A stretch of 64,000 bases of DNA from Octopus sinensis (Eukaryota), in assembly GCF_006345805.1 (NCBI RefSeq), contig NC_043010.1:18538001-18602000 (forward strand). The letters run 5' to 3'. The notes beneath the pieces were generated by a model. That model was not told the DNA's origin. It was given only the letters and a program-made list of their open reading frames with translations, and searched no databases. Below are positions 1-12,239 of the stretch, piece after piece. Positions within the stretch are counted from its first letter, which is position 1. The number at the start of each line of letters is the position of its first letter. The position numbers and the translations under genes are program-made.

Positions 1-195
1 ATTTGTCTCCTAAAATCAGGCATAACTTGGCCATCGGTCGGCTTACAACACTGTTCTTCGTCTTAAGTTTTCTTGGGAGAGTATGTTTGTTAACTTGACA
101 ACAAGGTGGAGGTGAGTTCTGATTGGCTGTATGCAATTGAATTCGTTATTAGGGGTCCGGAACTCTCTCATGGGAAAAGATAATTTCGCCTCGGG
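1..195. promoter_or_regulatory. Duplicated regulatory/5'-exon module (copy 1, truncated by window edge)
   Basis: High visible similarity to 11443-11645, same orientation; donor GTGAGT at 112, ATTGG at 122, ATGCAATT at 131, CATGGGAA at 169. Confidence 0.6.
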
Positions 196-490
196 CCTCG
201 TCATATTGCAAGTTTTCCAGTTGGAAATACAATGAGTACCTGTTATACTCGTGGGTCTTTTCTTGTGGTGGGGTGAGTTGGGTGTTGTACTGGTGGAAAT
301 TGGTGCAATAAAATTAATTTTTGTTTTCAGATGCTTTTTTTTTCACTTCGAAATCACTGTCAAATTAGATGAAATATCTAACCACACATGTAGTGAGTCC
401 TTTCATTTAATCTTCAATGGTCTGAAGCTCATCTCTCTCTCTCCCTCCCTCTCTCTCTCTCTCTATCTATCTATCTGTCTGTCTCTCTTT

Positions 491-535
<45 letters not shown>

Positions 536-591
536 GGTGTGGGTGTGTGTGTGTACGTACACAATACCCGTAGATACATACATACATACAT

Positions 592-624
<33 letters not shown>

Positions 625-2742
625 TCGGCAGGCAGGCAGACAGACAGACAAGCAGGCAGGCAGACAGCCATGTACCTGTCGACTTCGAAATTGATTGTGT
701 GAAATGTATCTGGTCAATTTGTTTTGATTGACGACTGCAACATGTGACTTGGTTGTTAGCGTGGGAGGAGGAAGGGGAGGGATTAGAGAGAGAGGGGAGA
801 GGGGATCGTGACAGAGGTGAGGGAAGGGGAGGAGGAAGAGCTAGAAGAGATTCAGTGAGCAGGGAGGAGGGAAGAAACTAACTCAATGAAAGTGTCTCTA
901 TGATGTTGCCAGAAATAGTAGCCAACTCTAGCCTAGTCACGCTTCTGTCTTAAGAGTAATCTTTGATGGCCACGGCTGGAATGCCTTTGACGACACGTCT
1001 ACTCAGTCAGGATTGACCTGAGGCTGAACGGCAACGAGTGAAAGAGAAGGTGAGGAAGAAAGAGCAGGAGATACACGTCTAAGTAAGATGATGATGAAGG
1101 TGGTGGTGGTGGTGGTTGGTTGGTTGGTGGTGGTGGTGGTGAAGAAGATGAGAAGGGTGGGAGGAGTCATGAGTAGATAACTGAAGGGAGTGGTGGAGTA
1201 GGAGGGAGATTAACGAGGTTGACTTTTGTAGGAGAGGATGAAAGTAGGAGGAGAATGGGAGAACGATAGTTACTGAGAGGGAGACATGAGACAGAGAGAG
1301 AGAGAGTGGGGGTGGCTATGACATGATGGAGAATGAAAGTGGGGGGAGGTAATGAAAGGAGAAGAGGAGGTTCCATAAAATAACATGAAGAATGGGGGGA
1401 AGTGGGAGGAAAGAAAGTTGTAGTGGGAGAGAGACTGTTATAAACGGTGGGAGTTAAGAAGAGAGAGAGGGGTAAATAGTCAGAGAGGAGAAAGGAGGAG
1501 GAGCAGGAAGAGGAGGAGAGGTGGGGAAAGGCTACACACTCACTCTTGATCTTTTTATGGTGACCTCACCTACATAACATATCTTCCCGAAGATAAGCCT
1601 TCCTCATTAAGTTAATAAGCTCATTTAGATCAGATTAACTGATAAATTAATTAATTAATTAATTGATTAATTAATTAATAATCCTACACCATTAATGTAA
1701 AACCCACAATACTACCACACGGCACGAGGGTATGCTTGGACACAAACATCGTAGACATCGTCCAAAGGTCACGTGACTTATTACTGGTTTCCAACTTTGC
1801 CGCAAGGGCAGCAATTTCGGGGGAAGGGGGTACGTCGATTACATCAACCCCACAGTATTCAACTGGTACCTATTTTTATCGACCACGAAAGGATGAAAAG
1901 CTAAGTCGACCTCGGCGACGTGTAGCTTATTACCAAAGCTCGATACACTCCAGTACACAACGTTCTACACTGTCCGCTCTCTCTTCCAATTATACAGTTA
2001 CTACAACAGCCTCTGTTCCTCTCAACTAGCGAGCTGTATGACACTCTAAGAACGACAACGATTGATGGTCCGGAACCGCTTGTAATCCTTACTAATTTAC
2101 GAGCAGGATCTCCAAATTCCAGTTGCCGTCAAACTCATTTACTTGTAACTTGTACAGCATAATATTAAGAAACTTGTGTTATCTATACAAAGGTACAAGT
2201 ACCTGTATTTCATTTAATTATTTAAGTAAATTTTATTTTTTATTATTTATGCGCCCTTTTCAAGCCTAACCAGTCTCATGGGCCTGGTTTCAGCTGGACT
2301 GGACGCCAATCCATCGCAGCGTTACTCAAGAAACAGGAAGAAAGGGTGAGAGAAAGTTGGGACGAAAGAGTACAACAGGGGTCGCCACCCCTCTGCCAGA
2401 GCCTCGCTGAGCTTAAGGTGTTTTCACTCAATAAACACACACAACGCCCGGTCTGGGAATCGAAACCGCGATCCTCCGACCGCGAGTCCGCTGCCCTAAC
2501 CACTGGGCCATTGCACCTCCAATTAAGTAAATTTAATGTTTCTTTAATATAGAATACGTTGATCGCTGGTTCGCGTGGCTGTGTAGTCAGAGGCTTGCGT
2601 CCTAACCACATGGTTCCAGGTTCAGTCCCACTGCATGGCACCTTGGGCAAGTGTCTTCTGCTATAGCCTCCGACCGACCAAATGAGTGGATTTGGTAGAC
2701 AGAAACTGAAAGAAGCCTATCGTGTGTGTGTGTGTGTGTGTA

Positions 2743-2774
<32 letters not shown>

Positions 2775-2781
2775 TGCGCGC

Positions 2782-2814
<33 letters not shown>

Positions 2815-3075
2815 TGCGCGCGCGTGTGTGTGTGTGTGCGCGCGTGTGTCTATGTTTGTCCCCACACACACTTAACAACCGGTGCTGGTGTGTTTATGTC
2901 CCCATATCTAAGCGGTTCGGCAAAAAGAGACCGATAGAATACATACCAGGCTTCAAAGAAAAAATAAATACTGTGATCGATACATTCGACTAAAAATTCT
3001 TCAAGGTGGTGCCCCAGCATGGCCGCACTCTAATGACTGAAACAAGTAAAAGGTGAAAGGTTTAGATAGATAGAT

Positions 3076-3132
<57 letters not shown>

Positions 3133-3326
3133 GATAGATAGATAGATGGATAGATGGATGAAAAAAATGTGGTGTAGGTTTTCGATCAAAAGGGATCGTA
3201 AAAGGGGAAAAAAGAAAAAAAGAAAAAAAAGGAAAAGAAACAAAAGATAAGAAAAAAGAAGAAAAAAGAGGAAAAAAGGGGAAGAGGAAAAAAACGATCA
3301 ATAGGGATCGTGTATCATAGTGTCAT

Positions 3327-3424
<98 letters not shown>

Positions 3425-3929
3425 CTTCAAAATGTAGCTACATATGGATCGTTGGCGATTTTTTTCCTCCATCTTCCTTTTCTCTTGACTTTCCTCTGTC
3501 TCCTGTTTCCGAAGAAGAGCTTTGCTCGAAACGTAAAACTAACTTTCTTTCCTTCTCTGAGCGTCTCCTAATACTTCACATGTACCACGTCCTCTCTTGT
3601 GTTTGTTTTATTTTCTTGTGTTTTTTTCTTCGTTTTTTATTAACTATATATATATGTATGTGTGTGTTGCTTCTTCCATGGGTATGAGTAAGTATTTCAT
3701 TTATTTCTTTGCCACATTTATCACTGACGAAGGGAGGGTTCTTATGAACTAACCCTGAAATCGGTCCGTTATGGTAATAATGGAATTTTTAAGAAATTTC
3801 TGTCGACCTTTTTCGAGTAGCGTGCGTATTGTGATAAATTATATGGTTATGGACTATGTGTCTAATTTCGGCGTATTTGGCATTAGAAAATTTTTTCGTT
3901 TGCCCTTATTTATAAGTTGTTTATATATA

Positions 3930-3992
<63 letters not shown>

Positions 3993-6568
3993 GTAAATGT
4001 AATATGGGACAATTATTCGGTGGTGTGGATTTCCACCTCAGCATAATTGTCACATATTACATTTACAGATAAATTCCTCTATTTACATAATATTGAGGTC
4101 TCTTTCTTTCTTTTGCTATCTTACCGTTTTTATCAATATATATATAATAACAAAATAATAAATAAAACATATGCATATATACATACATATGTGTACATAC
4201 CTACATCAATATGTATATATACATGCATATATGGGTACAGGACACAAAAAAAACGTCGAACACAATGAAAAACGAAAACATAAAAACAAAATCAAGGAAA
4301 TGGACATTTTTCTTAAACAACGAAAAAATAGAGTACAAGGCATACAACACAAGGAAAATTCCCCTTCTTCAGTCGCCTCTGTTTCATCTACTCCGCGTTC
4401 CGAAGGTATATATATATATGACTTAATTGCTCAAAGTAAAGAAAAAGTACACTCTAAGAGAGAAACTGACCGCTTATTTTTTTTATATATTTTGCTAACA
4501 ATATATTCCAGATTTTGGTCAGAATGTAGCTGTCGGTTTCGCGCCTACAATTGCACTTAGCAATATTGACAATACTTCGGAGATGTTGGCCAGAAGCGCA
4601 TCGCTCCTGTTATGCTGGAGATTTATACAAGTTATGGACGGCTGGATGTTGGTAAAATAAAAATTAAAATGGAACGAAACATAGCGAAAAAATTATAGCA
4701 TTTTCCGGGAGCAAAACAAGAGTTATTTTTCTGTAGAATGTTATTAGCAAGAGGTGAATCGCGTGCACACGTGTATGTGTACATATATGTTGTTCCCTTG
4801 TTCAAAAATGGACACGACCACGTCGCCATATTGATTTTCCGCTCATGAGAGTTTCATCCGAATTTTAGAAAAGCAACAGCATCGAGTGAATTTTTAAAAA
4901 TGTTTCTCCTTTCTGCCAAGTAAATCTTACAAAGTCTATTTCCATTCAGATAGGGCCCAGATCGTCTCAATTACTCCCAGTTGACCTTGTACGGCGTTGC
5001 TCACTCCGCGTTTCATCACCATATGTTGCTGGCTAAGGTTGTAACACTGCATCTCTCTTGGAGAATCTGCCGGACCTTAAAGAGACCATCCGTTACTCCG
5101 CCATATTTCTGTATGTGTGTCGCTCCATAGATGTCGGACGACGCCACCTCTGCTTCGTAGACTACGGCTTTTGTGTTGCATTGGCCACTCACTATTAACT
5201 CTACATGTCACCATTAACCCTACATGTCACCATTAACTCTACATGAGCACTCTTCCTCTGCCCGTGGCCTCAAATTACACTCAAATGTTTTGTTTTTATT
5301 CTAGGTGCACAACTGGATGAGACCCTGAATTTATAGCTATTGAGTATTTTCCTATACCCAGAGTCCTCTGTAAAATATTTATCCTTTAATCTAAGGAAAA
5401 CCCTTCCCACACAGGTCCTCGCGTTGAATGAGGAAGGGAAGAAGCAATTGAGATTATTTTTCGGCGGCGCTTTGCTGAAATCTTGTTATAACTGGAAACC
5501 GCGGTTCAGAAACATCTTTATTCGAGAATAGAAGCGAAATCCTTCCTACAGACACATCTACAGGGTTTCTAAAAACACTATAGGAGAGTGGCGAGAGGTT
5601 GCGTTGTAGGACAGCCTTTCGTTTGCAGTTGGGACTGTATGAACCCGTGCCTAAATCGGGAGGTAATTTCCCATGGTAAGGTTGGTCTCAGTAGTAACCT
5701 TAAACTTTCGGGGGTTAAGAGTGTAGGTCAGAGCTTTTCTAAGCCTGTCTGGAGTGTTCACGCCTCTAGACGTGGCTTAAGAGTAGTCTCTATATAGGCC
5801 AAAGCAAGTAGAAGGCATTTCGTATCTGGGCTGTCAAATCTAAAGAGACCTATCAAGTCGCAGATATCCACAATGTAGAATACCCCATCGCCTCGTCGAA
5901 GGAGCCTCCTGAAGCTGTTTTGTTTGACCCAAACCGAACCTTTATTGAATACCTGATTTTTCCTGGCGTGCAATATTATCAGCGATGGGGATATACATAT
6001 CCACTTTGCTAATCTAAGTAAACGCCTTAGCGAAATTAAGTGCCCTACATAACAACCCTTTCGACATAGATGGGTAAGAGTCCTCTATATCGAATTGGAT
6101 AAACCTTATTCTTCCCCTACTCTGATTTGCCTTAAACCACGATATTATTTCATTTGTGTTACTCCATAAGGGGGAACAAGATGCCTTCCCTGTGTCATCG
6201 ATTACTTTCTTCAGTATATATTAGGTCACCTGACTAGTCTCCGATTTTGCCCGGTTAATTAGGCGTACTTGGGGAAGGTGGAAAAATCCGGCTCGATCTT
6301 TAATTGTTGTAAAAGCATTTCTCTTAGTCAAGGTTTCAACCCTGTCTACTAAAACACTACGTAACTGTTTGGGGAGGAACCTCCCGATAGTTTTACTATC
6401 TTGGTATCTATTCTTCATATGTTTTTAGTTTTATCTGAGAAAAGTAAAGATCTATCTGAATATTTAAATAAACGTTTATCAGAAATAAGCTTGCACTTAA
6501 AGGAGCTCTTTCAGTTTCTAGAATATACCCAGGAGGCTTGCATCCAAGGCCTCCAGTTTAATTACATA

Positions 6569-7826
6569 TTAGCAGAGATACCCGGCGTTGCTCGGGATTA
6601 AAATGACATAGTTTGTATATATGTCACAGTTATGTTGAAACAGGTGATACGGGAAAGTGCAGTATTGACAACAAAACATCTGTGGAGTAAATGATGGGCT
6701 AATTCGACTAAGCGACATGTCATGCCCCTGTTTGGAATATTCCAGGCCCTAACCTGTCATGGAAATTGAGGGTGGGGGTATGTGATTTTTGAACGCACCG
6801 AAAAGCTGTCAGTGGATATACTCTCCTTTGCAGAGTCTGAAGTTTTGATATCTCCTTCGGGTTTGTTGTCCTACATCATTCACGAAGTAAATTTGGAGGA
6901 AGTGTAGTTGTTCATTTGTGGGTAACAGGGAACCCCCTTGAACTTTGAACGTTGGCGTAAATCCATATTCGGCACCAAACAATGTCATTTGAAATGCAGA
7001 GTTGTATTGCCTGATATTGTTCAGAAAATCCCTTGAGTGGATGAAAGTGCCTTCCAGAAAATCTGTAAGAGGTTGAAGAGGACCTGGTAGCGCTGGCAAT
7101 ATTACCTTACTGCCAGAGCAGCGCATGCCATTAGTTTCATTTGGAAATTTTGGGAAAGCCTTATCTCACTTCTGTATTAAGACTCGATCTGACGTGCTGC
7201 AGCATGTTTTTGCTGATCTTGAGAAAGTCTCATCTCCTTTCTCGCTTAAGACTCTCGCCCTCTGTTTTCTACAATCCTCCTTGTTTTATAGTTGTTTCTG
7301 GAGAGATTACATCTTTTCTTTGGAGGCATCTTTCAATATTGTAAGCAAAAAATTATACATTAATCTCTATTTTTGTAAGCAGTTGTATGTATGTAGTACA
7401 AACAATATAATAGCGTTATCAAAAGTGAAAGAATAAAAGTGAAACAATATTATACCGCTGAAAAAAAAATCGGAAGGGTCGAATAGCGAGGGCTACAGCC
7501 CCCTATATGGGCAAGAGCCAAAATTTTAACCCCCCCCACACACACACATCCTTCCTCGAGTAAAGAAAAACCTTCATGCCAAATTTGGTGCAGATTGATC
7601 CAGCGGTGTTTGATCATGCATAGAGGAAACAAGCGCTGCGCGCACGCACCACGCACACACACACACACACACATCCTTCCTCGAGTAAAGAAAAACCTTC
7701 ATGCCAAATTTGGTGCAGATTGATCCAGCGGTTTGATCATGCATAGAGGAAACAAGCGCGTGCGCGCACGCACACGCACACACACACACACACACATACA
7801 CACAGTGAATTTTATAATATATCAGA
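6569..7826 (-). mobile_element. Non-autonomous Helitron with both termini
   Basis: 5' A|TCTGATATATTATAAAA at 7826; 3' hairpin CCCGAGCAACGCCGGG then CTAA|T at 6569; internal RepHel N-terminal fragment; duplicated ~125-bp subterminal block (7549-7800). Confidence 0.85.
6809..7160 (-). pseudogene. Helitron Rep/helicase N-terminal fragment
   Basis: KFPNETNGMRCSGSKVILP...FLNNIRQYNSAFQMT.FGA...PTFKVQG..SLLP...FLQIYF. Confidence 0.85.
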
Positions 7827-8409
7827 TATATTTTATCTTAAGTGGGAATCTTTTACTCATGGCTATAGAAATTGAATTCTGAGAGTGAAACGTGCTTGGT
7901 TATAAAAGAAGGCTTTCCATCTCGCGTCTGATGAGGTTTGTGATTTCTCTCAAGGAGCGTCTTCATGCAGAATTCGTTATGCAGCGTTGGTATGTTTTTA
8001 GTAGAGTGTGTCCGAAGTCTGTGACTCCATATCCGCTAAGAGAATATAAGGCAAATCCTTTCGTGACTATCTATAAGCGCACAACCGGAAAAAAAACATC
8101 AGTAAAACACAAACCACGTGATGGTCTGTTGCAATACATGCTTCACCCATGGCTAACATCAATCCATGGGAAATAACTTTTTTTTCTCCCAGAAAATGTT
8201 ACAACTTTTCCCACTGTTTCATTCCATTTCTTGTTCCCAACACCGAGCCATCCAGAGTCTATAGAATAGTATTTAAAAAAAGGCTATGCACTTCCGGCGA
8301 ACATCTCTGAAGAGTCTTCAATATCGCCTGAGTGCAATTGTCAGCACGAAACTGATGGTGTCATTCTGACCACTTAAATGCCATAAACAGTAATATAGTG
8401 CAAAACAAG

Positions 8410-8456
<47 letters not shown>

Positions 8457-8619
8457 AAATGGGATCTATGTATATGAAACGAACAAAATCGCACAGTATG
8501 TACCACATACATGAACATATCAGCAAATACCTTGCACATAAACACACACATTATATAACATATACACGTTTATATTTGCCACATACATGGACATACAAAG
8601 AATATATTACATTGACAAG

Positions 8620-9005
8620 ACGGCGAGGAGCTGGCAGAAACATTATCACGCTTTGCGGTATTTCGTCTGTCTTTACGTTCTGAGTTCAAATTCCGCCGAG
8701 GTCGACTTTGCCTTTCATCTTTTCGGGGTCGATAAATTAAGTACCAGTTACGCACTGGGATCGATATAATCGACTTAATCCGTTTATTTGTCCTTGTTTG
8801 TCCCCTCTGTGTGTAGCTCCTTGTGGGTAGTAAAGAAATAGGTATTTCGTCTGTCTTTACGTTCTGAGTTCAGATTCCACCGAGGTCGATTTTGCCTTTC
8901 ATCTTTTCGGGGTCGATAAATTAAGTACCAGTTGCATACTGGGGTCGATCTAATCGACTACCCCCCTCCCCAAAAATTTAGGGCCTTGTGCCTAGATTAG
9001 AAAAG
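8620..9005 (+). mobile_element. tRNA-SINE family with TTTCATCCTTTCGGGGTCGATAAA domain (copies at 1785-1915, 27930-28177, 42340-42500, 50400-50620, 58940-59150)
   Basis: Repeated in both orientations; this copy has an internal duplication. Confidence 0.75.
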
Positions 9006-9349
9006 AATATGTTGCATTGGCAAATGCAGTATATATCATACAGACACACACACACACGATATTAATAGACACACACATACAGTATATGATACGTATATAG
9101 ATACAATAGCATATACTTCATACATAAGCACACACTGTCACCTGCACTCATGGGTACACAAACACACAGACACAACACTACACCAAACCACCCCCACACG
9201 GCACCATATTACAAGAGCCTCACACACACACCTCCAACACCCTACAACACCAAACCAAGCTGTGCGGCGACACAACGCCCCAACGAGATGTCGGAAGGGC
9301 AAGAGGCTTTGCAAGGGTTTCTCTGCGTGTCTAAGCTATATGGGCCTGC

Positions 9350-9446
9350 GTGTGTATGTACGTATACGTAGATGTGTATGTGCTTGTATGCATGTGCATG
9401 TATGCATATACATGTTTGTCTGTCTGTATGTATATATATATGGGTG

Positions 9447-9492
<46 letters not shown>

Positions 9493-9520
9493 TAAACAGT
9501 AAAAATAATTACAGACATGG

Positions 9521-9551
<31 letters not shown>

Positions 9552-9755
9552 ATATATATAGGTGTGTATGTATGCATACATGTGCATGTATGTATATATA
9601 TATATATGTGTGTGTGTGTATATGTGTATGTGTGTATGTGTGCATATGTGTGTGTATATGTATGTATGAATGTATGTGTATGTATGCATATATATATATT
9701 TATATACATACGTATATGTGAATGTATGTATATGTGTGTGTTGTGCATATGTATG

Positions 9756-9797
<42 letters not shown>

Positions 9798-9819
9798 TAT
9801 ATATATATATATATATATA

Positions 9820-9856
<37 letters not shown>

Positions 9857-10132
9857 TATATGTGTATGTGTTTGTAAGCAATATGTGCTTAATGTGAGTA
9901 CGTGCGTGAATTTATATCTGTGTGTGTATATGTGTGAGCGTGACTGCGGGATGCGTGTGCCTATGTATATATGTGTGTATGTATATGCATGTGTGTGTGT
10001 GTGTGTGTGTTAGTGGTTGTAAATATCTCAAATCTCTGTGTTTCAATGTGTGTGTATGTCAACGTATGTGTGTGTTTCTGTATGTTTGTATGTACTAGTA
10101 TCTCATTGTATGTGTGCGTATATGTCTGTACG

Positions 10133-10205
<73 letters not shown>

Positions 10206-10237
10206 TCTCTTTATATATATATATATATATATATAGA

Positions 10238-10294
<57 letters not shown>

Positions 10295-10323
10295 TATATA
10301 TATATGTACGCACACACATACAC

Positions 10324-10382
<59 letters not shown>

Positions 10383-10850
10383 ACACACATATAACTTTCC
10401 GTGTGTCTGTGTCTGTGTGTGTCTGCGGCATCCCTATAAACTCCATGAAGAAATCTGTAAAGTTCTTTTACACAGATTTGTTGACGTCTGCTGTCTTCCA
10501 ATTTTCCAGTCTTCTTCTTCAATCATCTTCTTCTTTTACTTCATCATCATCATCACTTCTTTTTCTTCTTCTTCTTCTTCTTTTCCTTCTTCTTCTTCTT
10601 CTAGCATTATCTCCATTTTCTACTGTTCCACTCACACCTTTTTATCCAACCACCGCCACTACCAGCACCCTCACCACCACCACCACCCTACAACCATTAC
10701 CCCATCACTACCTCCACCATCACCACCGTCACCATCACCAACAACAACTCCACAACCATCACCCTCACCATCATGATCAACATAACATCTACAACCACCA
10801 TCACCACCACCTCCAGCGCCACCACAACTATTACAACTCTACCTTAATAG
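9350..10850. repeat. Compound microsatellite field (AT, GT, CT, CTT, CAC); similar fields at 17190-17740, 19540-22860, 25810-26080, 29990-30380, 57350-57810
   Basis: Direct inspection. Confidence 0.95.
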
Positions 10851-11074
10851 TAAAAAGAAACATTACCTTTTAGTCATAATCTTAACCCTGAACAAACGGG
10901 GTGATCATGGCCGGAATGCCTTTAGTCATAGATTTGCTCAAACGGGGTTGCCTTATGATAAAGCCACACCAGTGGCAATATACCAACAGTGTAGACCTAA
11001 CCCTAACCCGTTTACTACCATCATCTTCTTGCTCTTTCTGTACTTTTAGCAGGGCCGGCCCTTGGGTTACTGGC

Positions 11075-11147
11075 TTCCCGGGCGCGAATTTTTTCCCACG
11101 AGAGTTCTGGATCCCAGTTATGAACTCATTTGCATACAGTCAATCAG
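11075..11147. promoter_or_regulatory. Inverted third copy of the motif core
   Basis: GGCGCGAA-TTTTCCCACG-...-TGAACTCATTTGCATACAGTCAATCAG is an imperfect reverse complement of 11565-11645. Confidence 0.6.
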
Positions 11148-11442
11148 GGCTGAACTATCAAACTGATTTATGAGCGCATAACAAGTGATGGGCGATAAGA
11201 TAAGGTCACTTGGGTAAGGAATGACCATGCTTCTCTTCTCTTTTAATAATGCTTGTTGTTCTTGTTCTTGTTTCAACCATGGCTGCCTCTGCGTAGTTAT
11301 TTGTCTTGTTGTTTACTTTGTAAAACAGTAAGGGAAGAGGGTTGATAGCACATCACCCTCTACCCACATTTTCCCCATCCACATCTTTAACATATGGGGC
11401 CCTAACACAATCTGATAATAGGTATAGATGCAAATCTAATTA

Positions 11443-11645
11443 CTTGTCTCCTTCTAAAATCAGGCATAACATGGCGGCGATCGGTCGACTTGTAACACCG
11501 TTCTTCGTCTTGAGTTTACTTGGGAGAGTGTGTTTGTTAACTTGACAACAAGGTGAAGGTGAGTTCTGATTGGCTGTATGCAAATGAGTTCAATACTGGG
11601 GGGCGGCGCGGAACTCCTGTGGGAAAACATTTCGCGTCCCGGGCA
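11443..11645. promoter_or_regulatory. Duplicated regulatory/5'-exon module (copy 2)
   Basis: Aligns with 1-195. Contains AACATGGCGGCG (YY1/start-like), AG|GTGAGT donor at 11559, ATTGG at 11569, ATGCAAAT at 11578, TGTGGGAA at 11618, TTTCGCG at 11630. Confidence 0.6.
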
Positions 11646-12034
11646 AGCTGAACTTCGACGTGAAAATTTCCTTGTCTTTGTCACGCGGACCGGCAGCGAG
11701 GCGACTTTCCGATGCCCGGTCGAGTGGGAGGATACCGCGGTGAGCATGAAAGCCGCGGGCACGATCCCAGGTGAAACCAACCGCGGGTGCATATCTCGGT
11801 GGTAATGTACCTGATAATGTAACTGCCGACTGGGAAGAAAGAACCGAGCTGGCTTGTAGAAGGCTAACTGTAGTAAATCGTGTGTGAGTGTCCGAAGTTG
11901 TTTCTTGCTCGGGGTGGTCTGTCCGAGTGCCTGAAGTGATCTGGTCTTCTGTGAGTGTCCAAGGTGGTCTTCATGAATACCTGAGGTCGAGTATGCAAAT
12001 GACCGAGGCCACCTGTGCTGGCGGTCTGTTGAGG

Positions 12035-12170
12035 CTCTCTAGCTAAGTTAGACACCAAATGGCTTTTATAGGTTGAAAAGGAAAGAGGAGGCGAATTTTA
12101 CATTATCCGTGGAGCCATATCACACCACAGCTTCCTGCTGATTGGCCAATTTATAGATCAATCACGTGAA
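12035..12170 (-). promoter_or_regulatory. Putative minus-strand Pol II promoter
   Basis: TATAAAAG at 12070-12063 (minus), ATTGGCCAAT double CCAAT at 12141-12150, TCACGTGA E-box at 12162-12169, T|A start about 30 nt downstream of TATA near 12040; CpG-rich context. Confidence 0.55.
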
Positions 12171-12239
12171 GCTGTGGCAGATTAATCGGGATTTCCTAAC
12201 TACGGTTGGGGTTCGAATGCTTGAATGCATTTATCCAGG

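Larger units (their letters stand above)
4650..8330 (-). mobile_element. Degenerate Penelope-like retroelement (Naiad-like RT + C-terminal GIY-YIG), interrupted by a Helitron
   Basis: Minus-strand peptides NAFTTIKD...RLINRAKSE, HARKNQVFNKGSVWVK, DICDLIGL, GLYRD, CVGRVFLRLKDKYF...KILN...RVSSSC, CNTKAVVYEAEV...YGGVTDGLFKVR, GPYLNGNRLCK; many stops and frameshifts. Confidence 0.75.

Noticed and set aside
760-1530. Long purine-rich (GA/GGA) tract with triplex or G4 potential
   Set aside because: Low-complexity sequence common in such genomes; nothing specific supports a function.
3989-4070. ~80-nt hairpin resembling a pre-miRNA
   Set aside because: Embedded in (AT)n-flanked repeat debris like the other fold-backs; no recognisable mature miRNA and no expression evidence.
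9331-10873. Long ORFs rich in YI/CV/HT, including the 300-aa ORF; likewise at 17174-17847, 21027-22875, 57392-57933
   Set aside because: Translations of dinucleotide and tetranucleotide microsatellites that lack stop codons.
11471-11558. In-frame TGA (11543) read as selenocysteine in a signal-peptide ORF
   Set aside because: No downstream in-frame exon or SECIS identifiable, no selenoprotein motif, and the paralogous copy lacks the ATG.
11075-12170. Histone or snRNA gene expected from octamer/CCAAT/TATA motifs
   Set aside because: No histone-fold ORF, histone stem-loop or recognisable snRNA sequence on either strand.
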